From Tubulanus polymorphus (lineage: Eukaryota; Animalia; Nemertea): DNA of 64,000 nt. Location of the stretch: positions 16,851,807 through 16,915,806 of the forward strand of contig NC_134031.1 in NCBI RefSeq assembly GCF_964204645.1, given 5' to 3'. The translations under genes were made by a program, and so were the position numbers. Each line of letters begins with the position of its first letter. The first letter of the stretch is position 1. A model generated the notes under the pieces. The model had not been told where the DNA came from. It did not search any database and was given only the letters and a program-made list of their open reading frames with translations. Below, piece after piece: positions 1 to 14,932 of this stretch.

Positions 1-3000
1 CCGGGCCAAATCGTCAATTGTATCAGATGACCGTAAACTGTTTTTGAAACTCCGAAGCAAATGGAAGCAAACTAATATCTGTCAGCCTCATTCAGACCAA
101 AGGAGCAGAAAATTCCAGTACCTGTTTATGAATCTAATCAGTCTGTTAAGTCACTTATGACGCAAGAAAGTCAAGTGCTATCAAAACAATTTTTTCTATC
201 GTGACAAATTTCACCATACACAATAGATACACCCTTCATTCTGCCACCTCACGCTTACCATCTGCTGTGGACATCTTTAGCGCGACATATATGAGTTAAG
301 CAGCTCTTCACTTCGCTAACTTCGTCCCATGTCACACACGCATGTGTGCGTTATCATCTAGCTGATTGTTTTTTAAGCAAATTTGGATAAAGCACTTTAA
401 AATACTTCAACAAGCTTCGAGGAAGTCGACGAAATTAGCGTCATTGCGAAGAAAGGCAATAAACAGGATGAAATGGCGAGGCCATATAAGTTTCATGCGC
501 ATTACTACTAATATCAAGGTATTGGAAATATTTGATTTTCCTCACGGAAAAACCAGAAAACTATATCGAAACTTTTGCGTTCATACATTAGCCACTTAAA
601 AATATGGAAATTTCTGATTAATTTCACGAGTCTGACTTCTGGAGAGCCACTTCATCGTGAAGAGCCCACCTGCATAAATAGCTAGCAATAGACACCTAAA
701 CGACTAAACAGAGAAAGGTTTAAGGACACTCCTGATTGGATGTACCGATCGTCCAAACTAGGTCAGATGCTTCATAATCATGTATCATGTATCCATTATC
801 TTTAACATCTAATATTTATATTTCGTATACAGTGCAATTGATTTGGACCTCGGTTGTATCGGCATTGGTATCATCATCATTGGGAATAATCTTTCGAATT
901 ATCTATATATTTCAGTCCCCGCTGGTTCTACCGCATTCGCCATTGTTTCCATACGTAAACACGCCATTCCGAAACATTGCCAAGAAGGGAAGAAAGTAAA
1001 TTACTATCAAATTATATGCAAATGGTGAACTTTGTATCAACGTAGTTGGTAGTCGCGGAGTATGGAAAATTAGCGCAATCAAGATCAGGAATGTTGTTCG
1101 AATTTTTTCCGGGTCTGAATGAGAGAGAGAGAGAGAGTGTGGAGCTGGATGCCATCATTTTTATACACGGTAGAGTAGAAGGTGATAATGACTAACAACC
1201 CAACTTCAGTATATATCATATCTCATATGCGTAACTATTGCGGTTTCCAACAATACTCCAGCATATTACTATTTCCATACTATGTTACTTTTCTATATAA
1301 ACAATTCCAGTCGAAACCACAAATACTCGTTTTCCAAGAAAAAACTTCTATTCATTTTTCATTGTTTTCTTCAGAAACTGGAGCGAAGTACACGCAATGT
1401 GGTTAGAATTTGTCGAATCAACAGAAGGTTCGACCAACCGCGAGGGGGGCACCTGTAACTTTTCAACAAGAAGAGAAATGCCCAAAAAAATAACACGCGG
1501 AAAAATCCATGAATAAAATAAGCATTAAAACGGCGCAAACCTTATTAAAACGCAATTACGACCATCTGTAGCCCGAATATCATAAGCGCGGGCATCCGAT
1601 GAAGTGTCGCAATAATAGCCGAGTGCGGTAATAAGCCGCATTGATGCGGCAACAAAATAAAACACCGATCTCTCCGTAACAATAGAACACGAGGTGATGA
1701 ATAAAAGATAACCGGGACCCGGCGTGACCACGACACGGTTATAAATCTATACGCGACCACCGCTAAAAAGCACACGTAATTAACACGTCAAACAACGGCT
1801 GCCACAAAATGATGTTTTCAATTAGCGCGACATGGGTTGATCACCGGAGAACCTGAGTGCCCGCGCGCATCGTCTCCGTCCTACTACTTCCAAGAGAGTA
1901 AAGAAGTGACAAGTCGGAAAGATATCGTAAAGCAGGACTCGGGTCACCATACAAAGCGACAACGGAACTGGGAGTGATAGGCTGAAGATTAGTGATCAAT
2001 CTGCTCAGGTCACCACAATCGTCAACTGCTGTCATATATTGTATTCTGCAATGGAAGATCTATCGGCATCTACAACTTCAAACTTGACCAATGCACATTT
2101 CCGCTAAGTGGCTAATCTTTCAGTTGCTGAAAAGTTGGCTAGAGTTAACCAGTAGATAGCTGTAACCAGTACATAGTGACAATTAAAAGTTCATTGAAAA
2201 CTATGGTATTTATCCTCCAGTTAACCTAGGAGCAATCGGGTTGAGATGATTGCTCCAATTGTTGAGTAACGGATCCCTGGCAGGGTCACTCCATTGTACT
2301 TGGGATGGCAGTTTTATGGCATCAAATGCTGTATCAATGGCCAGCCAGGTAAATGATAAACCGAAAGCAATTATTCTCATCGATATATATCGAAAAACAT
2401 CTCGAGACTATTTCATACGATAATCTACATACAGGATAATCCAAGTGGAAAGTATTGGATTTCATCTTTCGTTCTTAATTCAAGTGCAATCGAGTGAAGC
2501 ACACTGAATCTATGCATAAACGAATATTCAATATGAATTATCTAACGACGCGACCATTCATAATCATCCCGCCAAATATATTTACAGGTACGAAACGGTA
2601 TTCATTACGGCATGGTTCATCCACGCGGAAGATTATCCATTTAGCTTAGCTATCTCTATATGAATCGATTCATTATATTTTTCTAACTGAATTGATACGT
2701 TTCGAACGGAATTAAATGCGCTCTCTTCAGGGCCGTCAAAAGGAACGAGGTCAAAGAAATCTACCGAAGTCTTTACAAATATTTCAAAGTAGAATAACAC
2801 GGCGTTTAATAGTGAATCGTTGTCATCGGAGCTTTCGAGTGATTGCTTAATTCTTCTGACATTTCATTACAGTCTTAATCGCGCGAATATATTAAACGAA
2901 CGTCGCGTCCCCGCTGGCATATCAACGACACCACAATGCGGCGCATGTATACGCGCGATTTACTTACGATAAAAGCGAGAACATACTTTCCGTTCGATCA

Positions 3001-3499
3001 AAGTTGTGGGAATAAACTCTTGAAGAAAAAAAAATTTTATTTCTATTTCTTTAACGAAGCTTTCGTCGGTCAGACGCAGGTTCACCTTGTTTGACACCAT
3101 AAAAACAGTTAGAATAACATTTACATACATTGATACCTAGTTCGTGTTATTCAAGGGGTTCAGCGTGAGTATACGCCATCAATACTACACTGGTCGCCGG
3201 TCAACAATTCAATTATCAAATCCAAAATAACTTTTAATGATCCTTATGATGGTTTATATCATATCGTTTATTGCCAGTATTAAGCAGTATATGCGTTAGT
3301 TTTCAAGGCGTCAAAAAACTTCCAAGTTAGTTCTCTTCTTCTCATTCAATCGAATGTAACTGATCAGAATTCTAAGAACGCGCAATGTCTGAACAATGTA
3401 AGTAAGCTGACATGTATTAAGTGCTGATGATGGCCACGTGCGCAGTGATTATTGAAATCGTTACGGTACTGAACACGTACTACGCTACAATAACAGAGA

Positions 3500-4560
3500 C
3501 ATGTTGTGAAGATGTCACCGATACGAACAGCCGAACGAACGCCGGCCGACGACGACGTCTTAACGTATTGACTCGCGGGGCGGGCGTACGAGCGTGTGAA
3601 CATACTTAAAATCAAAATTGTCGCCGTTATGAAAAAAAATAAAAGCCGCTCGACTCGATGTAGCATTAATCTTGTCGTACCACGACAATCATTTCAATAA
3701 GAATGCGGAGCGCACGCGCCGCTGACAAACCGAAAGGCCCACGCTGAGTCCTCGCGACCGTGAGACCGGACCGCGGTTTCAACCTGTATACGATATATCG
3801 GTTCCTCTTATTGTTGACTTTTTAAATCTCCGAAAAGCTTTCGATATATTTATACGTACGACGACCTTATGAACTATGTTCTCCCACGACTATCGAAAAC
3901 AAATACCACCGGGGCCCTATTCACGGCACACGATGCGGGCACAATCGAAAAAGGGCCAACAAAGCGTGTGCCATCACCTAAAGCTATTTAATGCGTTGGA
4001 CTTTTAATTTTGATACCCCGAGACCAGGTGAAAAGCTTCTAGCGTGTGACATTAAAAATGCCGACCAGGACTTCGGGAGCTGTTCGACGATAAATCACCA
4101 CCTGCCCGATTGGAAGTTTCCCATGAACCGCGGAGACACGAGCACCTGACCCCGCACTGGCCTCAGTCAACCGACGCGCGACCCGACGTACACGCTTTAT
4201 CGCACACGTCAACCGACCACGATGAAAAACAAGCGAAAATTTCATTTCATTCATTTCACACGCACTAGTGTTCACTGACCAGAATAAGCCCGTATTTATA
4301 AAGTGAAATGAGAAACTTCGACGCGATTTCGAAACGACGAGTCTTTTGATCGAAATCAACGAGGAGAACGAAATCGGCGCAGGTTCCGACTGTTCGACTC
4401 GATTTCAACTGACGTATGTCCTGAACGCGAGATTATCGATGCGAGTTTTTGTCCGTAGCTTCAAGTAGCGGCAATTAAAAAATCGTCGAGGGCGCCGATG
4501 AATAGCTGACGCCGATTGAAGATTAATCGCGGTAATTACGTGGTCAGTGCAGACAATATG
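3500..4560. promoter_or_regulatory. CpG-rich, promoter-like tract
   Basis: Many CG/CGCG runs relative to the AT-rich flanks. Lies between candidate first exons on both strands. Confidence 0.35.
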
Positions 4561-4722
4561 GCCGAACAGACGACCGGCTTAAGAAAACAACGGCAGGAGG
4601 GTTTTAAAATTCATACTTGAAGATTTCAATTGAAGTAGTTAAAACGTGTGGAAGATTCATCCGATGGATTACAGCCAATTTCAGACCGGAGGGCTCGATG
4701 ACCCGAGCTTTTTAAATCCGCA

Positions 4723-4777
4723 ATGGGATTAAATCAAAAAGATGAAGAGGAACATGTATTTAAGAGCGAAGACGCAG
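4723..4777 (+). CDS. Candidate distal alternative first coding exon of CTL gene (MGLNQKDEEEHVFKSEDAG)
   Basis: caATG...GCAG|gtgacg, phase 1 as exon 17533 requires. Downstream of a CpG-rich tract. Acidic N-terminus resembles CTL N-termini. Confidence 0.45.
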
Positions 4778-7700
4778 GTGACGGGATTTGAAACTGATAG
4801 CTCGTCGTCCTCCATCTGTTCTTCGAGGGAACGAATTTCTGGTGGGAAAAAATCGCCCGAGCAAGTACTAGAAATCTTCAGCGCCGCACAATGAAACAAA
4901 GGAATCATTAGCATGAATGACTAGGAGTAGTAAAAATCAGTCACGCGCACACCACACACACACACACACACTCACACTCACTCCGATATACAGATGCAAA
5001 ACATATGCACCTTCTACAGTTTCCATTTAGATGACCTATAGCCGACAAAACCGATCGGTTTCTAACCCAAAAATGATAAGAGGTGGATGCAGACCAGAAG
5101 GTGAAACGCATATACCAGGATCTGTATTCCGGGAGGGGTATTAACACAAAGCGAATGAAACGTAACACCTGCAGTTCGAAAAACAGAAAAAATGCCGAAC
5201 AAAATTCTTCCATTACCGATATATCAGTTCGCCTCGCCACGAGCGAGACAACTCAACACGCGCGCGCAACAATACGAACATCTTTTTCGAACATATTTTT
5301 CCGCTCGCCGAGAAAACAATACTCGCGCTGCTGCGGTTATCTTTCGAATAAAACTTTCGGAAACGCGCGCTGCCTTAATCGCGAAAAAAAAAATATATAA
5401 GCTTCAAGCGAACCAGACGAAACGGTATAATCGAACCCGAAAACTCAACGGGAACTTGCGCGTAATCTGCGCACGCGAGAGACCTTACCCCCTGACCGGC
5501 ACTGTGCCAATATTGCATTTTTTTTCATGAAATAATACTCGTGCTGGTTGTGGTACTAAACGGTTAAAACGGATCTATTCCCAGGACATCTATTGCTAAA
5601 AACGGCACGGGTTAAAGAACATTTTTTCTCTTCGTCGGTTGCGTGCCAGAATTCCGAAGTGTCTACACAATGTTATACATATGATGAAGAGGCCTATAAT
5701 ACCAGGTATACAAATATGTAGTGTAGCATTCTAGGTCAGCGGAGGCTTTTTCACTATCGCTGATTTTCTTTTTCAGAGAAACTTCACGAAAAAATGAAAA
5801 TTCTTTTGATTCGGCGCAAAATACACGTATAATAGACGCAAGGCACTCTCTCCGCGGTCGAACTGCAAGTGTTCTCTCAAAGCACGCCATTGACCTGATT
5901 TTCAAAATGAAAAACTTTTAGGTCAACTCACTCAAAACTAAATACACCCGAATCTACCTACCGGGGTGAAGGAGTTTTGAATTCTTATATAAACGACTCG
6001 GGTGGTCACGAGAATTACGTCTATTTCATTTTTTCCATAACTTTAATAAACTACCTTCTTATTCTGAAGCAGATCGCGAAAATTCAATCCGTGACAAAGA
6101 CCTGAAGTCATCATCATTTCCGTTTGACCTAGTCAATGAAATATTTTTTGCTGTCAGACGTATCACACACATATATGTATATACATTACTCTCTTCATCT
6201 ACAAGCTAGCTGCCTGATATGATTGTAATATAATCATACATTTTTTTGTTCGCCACAAAATCGTGATTACCGAATTGCCATGAGTCTGAAACCAATTACG
6301 CAGCCACCGAGCCACAATACGAAATTAGCCGGGGTTATTAACCCAAAAGACTTTTAGGTGTGACAATAATGCTTAAACACACACCACGAATTAATGTACA
6401 CGTTCGCATAGCTGTAACAAGCAATCATCATATAGGCCACGATGAAGCTGTGTCTATAGAACGCTTATTTAGAATATTTTCAAACAAAAAATCATATCAA
6501 CCGCTATACTGGAATAGATTGGCATGGTTCAACCAACTCGATGAAGGCCCGGCCGGGACTGGCTTATGACAGCTCTTTTCAAACCCACTAAATATATATC
6601 TATATAGGATTTAAAAGATTAAAAGCAAATCTTATTTATCTATAACCAAAATGACACCAAAATTTCGAACTCTCCAGATCATCATCATCTCTGGCGAGAG
6701 TTCAAAACCTGGTCTATTTTGCTTTTAATTCTTGATAAATAGAATTCATTTCAATTTCTTAAATTCTGTATTTGTGGCTTTTAAACTTATAATCTTTTCT
6801 CCACGTGGGTGTGCAGGGTTTTCAGCGTACCACTACAGCCATTTTCTTGTTTTTATCTAACCGAGATTCATTTATTTGGATAACCTGTAAAATAACTTAC
6901 TTGCAGTAAGGGTTGCCGGTAACAGGGGTGACACATTGTTGATTATTCTTACACGGGTTCGGACTACATGACCGAAATACTCCTGAAATGAGAAAAAACC
7001 AATCAACGCTACTTTAAATTTCAGCGATCAGATTTATAGAGAACTTTTTTTTTTCTTGAAGAAAGCAGGTTAGGCTAGCTAAACTGTAATTTACCAGGAG
7101 AGAGAGTACTAGCGCAAGAAAAAAATTATTTGTTTTTATGAAATAGGAAAGAAATATAGAGGAATGAGTCAGGGGTGATGTAATGAGTGTTTGTATACGC
7201 AATAGTATAGTATAGTAAACTATATATCTAACAGGTAACAGCATACCTAGTAATATAGTTTTGTTGCGAGTGGGTTCAGCGGCGCAATAGCAATAAATCT
7301 TACCGATGTAATTTAAAGGAGATGGTCTGTATAGGCCTGGTAGATTTGACATGAAAATGCATATTCTTAACCAATGCGCTCAAAAAGTGCACAGCTCTGT
7401 CTTAAAATGGCTACAAATTTGAATGATGATGTGTCTGAATTGAGCGGTGCCATGAATCTCAACTCGTCTATTTTCAACATATATCTTATAGTACGCCTAT
7501 GTTTTTGACTAGTCAAGCGATATAACGCAAATTCGATAAGACTACGCGCAAAGAGGATACCATTCTTACTATCATATCTATAATGCTTCACGAAGTTAGC
7601 TCGAAGTTAAAGACCTGAAATGAGTTAGCAAACTATGTGTGTTTTACATGCTCAGTTCATTTCTTCGGTATAAGAGCGTGGGAAAGTGTGCAACTCATCT

Positions 7701-10700
7701 GTAAGCTACTATAATTCGCATGTAATAAATCTGTTCTGATTTTTCACTATCACAAAAGGATCGATCTCATAATTATCACATTTCGCTAGTGATTAAAATT
7801 AATAAACGGTTTTAACAGCAAGTTCATTTTCACGGCTTATAGGTGATCTAACGCCTTTGGTGAATTAATCTTCGCAATTAGTTAATTAAAGGTATGAGCA
7901 TGTGGGTAAACAATCACCACTAATTAACAAGAGCGCTATTAAGTACTCAATTAATGAGGAAATTCAATGCAGGTGTTTATTGTAAAGATCACTTAGAGCA
8001 ATCTATTTCTCTGACAACTGTTACAATTCTTACAAGATCTTAATTTTGTTTGTCAAATTCTAGTAGGAAGACATAAAATGTGTATTTTTTTTTTCATAAA
8101 GTTGTTTTGAAAAGCTACACAGTGTAAAAGCAAGCGCGCAGTTTGAGTCATTTATTAGAAACCGTGAGAACGGGGTCAAATTTTAACCAGTTTGTATGCA
8201 TGTGTAGTGAAGAAGAGAAGAAGGTATACTTCAGAGAAAATCTGAATATTGGCCAAGGGGCCAAAAAGCTCCAAATCAAATATCAAGGGCGACAGACAAT
8301 TAATTCATCTTAATGGAGTATATAAATACTGTATTAGATTCTCAAATTCCTTGATATTAAAGTCGATTTAATTGTTAATCAATGAAAACAGTATACACTC
8401 TTTTAGTATAGTATCTTACCTCGTACACTGGCTATCAAGCTGAATAGCAGGCACGCCAGCCAAAATACCCTAATATTCCACCGATGCCGCTTCATTCCTG
8501 CGGTAAAAACACTACGACAATTTTAATCCGAACATAAGGAAACTTTAAACCGAGCCGACATGCGCTGTCGACGTGCAGGCGACGAGTTATCCGAGTTTTA
8601 AGAGACGTGTTTACTATTCACCTCCTCTCACTGAACAAAGTTATTAACTACTGTCAAAGTAGTGCGCGCAATTGCTCCCATTGATATTCATTCGCCAACT
8701 TGAATGTGTGGTGCGGTCTGTCCAGAGCGCGTTCAGATAAATCTACCCGCTATTAATATGAATGGGATTTATAGCATATTCTAAGGCTTTGAAATTATAT
8801 TCGTGCTTTTTATAAATGTCTTAATCGGAATAAGCCGGTTTATGGTTCAAAAATTTAAATCCTCATTGATTCTGGACTACACAATCAGCGCACGCGGACA
8901 ACCGCACCACCTACGTTACCCAAACTTAAAATTTATTAGAATAGTTACGGTATGGTACTTCAGTATGTCGCACTTTCATGGTACATTACCTAAAAAATTC
9001 TCGCAAACATGGCTAAACATTTTGGAATACACAACAGAAATGTCTTATTCAAACCCATGCAAAAATCACAAAGATTTGATAGGATCCAGGATTGGGCATA
9101 ATATTTTTTGATAGCACCCATGTCAAGACCAGCCGCAAAATATTGATGTCAAATAGATGATTTGAGACCAAAACTGAAATTGCGAAACAAACACTTTAAT
9201 CAGAAGAAATAATGAATATATATCGATGTTTTTCGAGAACCTTAAACGATCTATCGCCGGTCTGCATTTTGCGAACCCGATTTACAGACAGCCGACTTTA
9301 AGTATAGGGTCTCATAGCTTTTGAGTGTTAATGTTGACATGAATCGTTACGGCATCAATTAGACAGCACGTGTTCTACGGATGCGAGTACAGCGACGACA
9401 TTTCTGTTGACAGGCGTTTAATTGGTGAATAAATTTCACACGACCATTTGGCATGGGCCGTAACAGTACCCGGCATGTGTCTCAGCACGCGACTCGCGTG
9501 GGTACAGACTTCAAAATGAAGACATTTTTTTCAAAAGCGAGAGGTTTCAAACAGCTACTACCAACAACACGACGCTCTGGGGAATGAATAATCGAACCCT
9601 CGTCATATTTTTTATTCTGTCCCACTGGTTTTTCGGTTTGAGTAAGAATTAGTTTACTACAAAAAATACATTTCATGTTGGTTTCTGTAGACAAGTGACT
9701 GATGTCTGATATAATTGAAGTAAAAACCCACAGAAAAACTGGATAAGAAATTGACGTTTCAGTCCAATTATATAAGCCGTTTTCAAATTGGTTTTTAAAA
9801 TTCCAAAATGTTTTTGAAAATGGCCCATAGCATTGGACCGAAACGTCAATTTCACATAATACACACAATATCACATCAACGCACCAATCTAAATTAATCT
9901 CGATTAAAGAAATCTTCCCGGCCGAAATGTAAGGTGAACAGACTTAATAGCATCGCGGGTTTTTATACACCATTTTGCGACTAGGTCTCATTTTGATTTT
10001 GGTGCATCGTAATAAACAACGTTGATAGCATATGCTAAGAGACAATAATAGTTATGGCCTGGCGACTTGTATGTTTGTTTTTGTGTATGTATATATCGAG
10101 GTTCGGGTTTAATTCTTTTTTTTTTCAAGTACCTGTTGAACAATTGCACGCAGTCTTTTGTTGAATTAGCCATCGAAAAACTGTGACTTATCACTAAAGT
10201 CCACACGACTGGTACTCGATACTATAGATTTGTGACCTCATTGATAATGTGTATTGGGGGACCTGTGAGTTGCTATGATATACGATTTTGAGAGACGGTT
10301 AACCAGCCTAAAATTCTAAAACCCGCTTACAAATTCAGAATTTAAAAGCAAGATTTATCATTTAAAAAAAACCAAAAACGGAGGACACAACGTTTCGAGC
10401 TCCCACGAGATATCATCTTCAAATATGAACTTAGAAGTTCTGTGTAGTTTTGTCACACAATCAGGTCCCCGTCTAGAGGAGGGCGGTGTTAGTCTGAATA
10501 CCAGTCGTTGTTACCGGTTCCCTACAACCGGTTGTTTGTAGAACGACGGCTAGGTACTAATAGCGGTGTGTGACTGCACATCCCAACGATGCTGGACTGG
10601 TCCAACTCCAGAATAGAAAATATAGGCATACATTATATTATGAAAATCCTATTGTTACCGCGTTATTGTTACTCATCTTTCGAAACACCTTGAACTTTAT

Positions 10701-11359
10701 GACATATTCTGTTGCTATGTTTGAAATCTTGGGCCTGTTCTGAGCTCAGTCGGTTGAAATAAACAGCTAAGTGCATCAGGCTCAAATAAATAAGTATATT
10801 TGATGGGTGCATTTAGAAATTTTAGATTCAGTTAATAGAAATACTTTGTAGAATAGCTTAATTTCGGTAATTCATTCATAGTGCACAGTGACTATAGGGT
10901 GGATACAAGAGGTAAAATTAGAGTGGGCTCGAACCATCGCTGTTAACTTTTAGTTATAGCAATGTCGGTAAGATGGCGCAACCTTCTGGTATAGCAGTCC
11001 TCGATTGCCAGAGGAAGAATCCCTCGCCTGCCATAGTTGTGGCGAGTCAGGTCATAGTGACACCTGTCGAACGCATTTTGAACTATACGGGAATTCCCTC
11101 GTATTTTATTTCCTCGTTGACGTTGAGTTGTTTGAAGACATTTCACTCGCGGGAAAGAAGGATTTTAAACCCCTGAAGCTGTCATGGGGTGCTGTAAGGG
11201 AGGTGATGATACGCAGAAAGATCCAGGTTCGTATTATTTAAATGTACTATAATTGATTTTGTTAAGTTCACACCTGAAACTAAACTGCGTAAGGTCAGTC
11301 TGTTTAACTACCGTTCTCACTCATCAGTGGTTCTGATTCAGAAGAGAAAGCACTGAAAA

Positions 11360-11481
11360 CACAGGGGCTTGTCACAATTTGATAATGAATGGATGATACC
11401 AGTATCCCTATATAAAAAAGATTTTTTATATAGGCATACTGGTATCATCCATTCATTATCAAATTGTGACAAGCCCCTGTG
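11360..11481. mobile_element. Near-perfect foldback MITE (PIF/Harbinger-like)
   Basis: ~59-bp arms with one mismatch: CAG GGGCTTGTCACAA ... TTGTGACAAGCCC CTG. Confidence 0.75.
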
Positions 11482-12288
11482 ACTGTGTCTGTGAAAAGGA
11501 TATTGGGCTTCTTGTATTTTTAACAAAGTTTGGGGACTCACATTTGCGCACCTGACCATGAGCTGTTAAACAATTAATGATGAGTTACCTAGCTAAACCC
11601 TGCCATGGTTTGGTTTAAAAGTAAATGGGTATAGGCCTAAGCCTAACAACTCAAATCACTGTATGAAAAAATGTATAGATACTGGTGTACAGTAGTATAT
11701 TGTCTATTGAAATGAATAAACCTTTTCGACTTATAAAAACCAACTGGCCCTGGCAGATACCGCAACAAAATTTATTCTACTTCAATGTTAGTTGATGGGA
11801 TGAATGATTTTTTAAGGCGATTTTTTCTGAAATTCTGTTGAATGATGTGAAGGAATTCATATAGCCACATTGATTCACCATTCGAAACTATGAGGATAAT
11901 TGTGGCTAATTGTTCGATCTACTGCGCTGGTTTCTATTTATGATGATGGAATATCACACATAATTCTGCGGTGGTATATCGTTACATCAACGGCATTCTA
12001 ACAGCAGCTGCGGGTGCTGCTGCTGCTGAATATGATATTAATCATATCTATGAATAGTCACTCCCTGGAACTTTGTCAGTTGTAATATAAAAACTAAATG
12101 GCAGCCGCAGCGCCGCTAAAAATTAGATTTTTATAGGTATGTAATAAATCACCTCTTGTCTGGCATGGATCAGGGAATTTGGAGATATTGATTTTAATAA
12201 TCAGGGTATTCAAGGTGTCCATATCTAGTGTACGGAATCTGATTATTATGTAATTGATCAACATTTAAGAAAAAAGTATCCTTCTTTC

Positions 12289-12623
12289 CAAGGGCGGATT
12301 TTGGGGTGGACCGGGTGGACTGGTCCACCCCCATTTTAGAATTTGAGTTTGCCCTCCAAAAAGTCTAGAAATACTTTTTACGGCGGAAATTATAAAAAGA
12401 CTAAGAATAAATCCGAATGGGCCCGCTGATAAGGCCAAGAAAAACTCCTGTTTGTCCTAAATTTTCTGTGGGAGAGTCACCAGAACCCCTCTCCCCCATG
12501 TTTTACTTGCAGCCCTCACCTTGCTAAATCAAGGCATTTTCCCTTTCAAATTTTCAAATGAAGTGCCCATTCCTAATTTCAAGGTGCACCCCTTCAAAAA
12601 ATCCTAGAGCCGCGCCGCCCATG
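12289..12623. mobile_element. Degenerate member of the CAGGGGCGGAT TIR family
   Basis: CAAGGGCGGATTTTGGGG ... AATCCTAGAGCCGCGCCGCCCATG. Confidence 0.55.
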
Positions 12624-14932
12624 CTTTCTATTTTCTACAAAAGCAGGAGTTTCTTATTACTAACCGCAGTAGTAGTCGTACTATGATGTGTTTAGAATGC
12701 TGTTATGGGGTGTGGTCCACAAATGTCGTCGTGTGTACGTGATTAGGGGTCATCACCATGGAAAACTTGAATCAGATAAATGTGGGGGAAATACCTGGTT
12801 TACTATCACTAATTGTGTCCTCAGATAAGACCATTGCCAATTAGCCTATAGCCTAGTCTATCTATATCCATTCGCTAAAACGTAATTTTCGAATTTATCG
12901 ATAGTTTTCTCATTATTATTGAACGTTTATCGGATTGAAATATTGCTGCGGCGACACTGCGAACATCTGTTCATATCGAATTCTCATTTCGAGAGTTGAT
13001 TATATAGATATACACACTTATGACCTGCGGAACCATATTTACCATTTAAGCCGCATGTATTTTGAGTAAAGCATCTGTTCGGCTGTTATGACGTATTCTA
13101 TTCAATTAAATCAGACTTCGTCACGGCCGGTGCTTCAATTGGAGGCTTCGTCAAAGGATATACACTCGTTTGCCTCATTCATGGTAAAATTATGGTTTTT
13201 ATTTCTTGATTCGTAATAAATCCGATCATGTTTATCGTATCGAACCTTATTCATAAATTAAGTCGATCAGAATTTTCCCCTATTAAGTCTTGATAAGACC
13301 TTATTTAGAATTTATATTATTGAGTTGGATACTGAACTATATATAGAGCCTTGGCACTGAATATGTACAATACATATATATCATAATATCATATATTGAA
13401 TTTTCCTTTCAATATTCGCATTTTATTAGTTACGAGCCCTTCCATTAATAAAATGGTCTTTCGATATACAGATCAGTTAAGGCACATCTGTAATGGTGGT
13501 TGAACATAATTAATAGGCGGTAGATTGCTTTGTGACACTGTTGTTGTTGATTTTGTCAACATTGATTAGGTTATAGACTTAAGTCTCTGTCAGAGTATTC
13601 TGTTGGGAATCATTTCCCGAAGTTAGCCTATAGCTGTAGACAGTTCGAGGACCAGTTATTTGTAGGTAGGGCTTCTTTAAATTTTATGTGTCAGTAAATG
13701 CGAGGTAAATATTTCATGGAAATGTCTCCTAAAGTACATTTATAAGTTATTTGATGAGTGACATGTTCATGTCCGTTGCAATCTTCATAAAAGTCACTGA
13801 TTACTGCGGATATACTGAACTACAGTAAACCTCGTCTTACTCAGACAAACTGGGACCAGCAAGCTAAGCGGACATCACAAAATGTATTTTATTTTTATGT
13901 CCCGACTTGGGCATGTCTGGAGAGGTTTACTGAACAGTATCATATCGTTTCTCTCAATAGAGAAATCATTTGTGGTCATTTTAGACTCAACAGGTCGTTC
14001 AACTAGTGATAATTGCCTAAAAGACAGGCCTTGGCCCTCGAAGCACAATCAGAATATATGGCGACAGCTTGAGTATGATCAAAAATCAATGCAACAGATT
14101 AAATTAACTGTTCTGAGCATGAACTACGTTCAATAACCATTCCCTGTTTGTTTTCCGGGCCTTTACAGAATAAATTTCCGAGAATGTATTGATGATTTGA
14201 ATAATAACACCAGTCACTTGCCAGTTCAGGCTGGGTGAAAGATTGCTTATCAGGGGCCAGTTGCTCAAAAGTTGGCCGGTGGATAGTTGACATAGTGCCA
14301 ATTAAAAGTTCATCGTTACTATGGTATTTATAAGTGGGCTGTCTTAAATCAATTTTTTAGAAACTGGTCCCTGAACCAGAACTGAAATTTGTACAAAAAT
14401 TCTGTCCATTTGACCATTCATTTATGTATTTTCTCTTTGGATTTCACTTCATTCCAAGCAAGTATGCTGATGGGTTAGTAAGGGACATAAACCAATGAAT
14501 ATGATTATCATTTTGATGTTAAAGAAATTACACGAATAACTTGGAATGCTGTCAATGTTACCTATGTCATCATAGTTACCATATATAGATGATGCCTTTT
14601 TAAAAATAGCGTCGATCAAAGATCTTTTTTCAAAGCGTCCTTCGGTTGAAGGACTATTTGAGACGTAATTATTCACACTCAAATTCGGGTTTCTCTCAAT
14701 GGCGGGTGATTGAAATATTTCCCTATATTCTTGCATTTTAAAAGAGCCCTTCAAACCCTTGAAGAATATTATTGCGCTCGATCTCGGGCCTGCGTAAGTA
14801 TGAACGTGTTTTCATCGAGGTTTAAAACCACAAATTATATCCTCTACACAACAGTTGAATAATGTCGCACCATTGAAAAAAACCGTTTCGAGTTTATAAA
14901 ACGATATCGGCAAAAAAAATTGAGAACGAATT

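Noticed and set aside
12098-12136. ATG GCA GCC GCA... followed by a strong donor as a CTL first exon
   Set aside because: In-frame TAG at the exon end; could only be non-coding.
366-14754. Numerous 60-130 aa ORFs from the six-frame track
   Set aside because: No recognisable domains, no splice-consistent chains, composition typical of random AT-rich frames.
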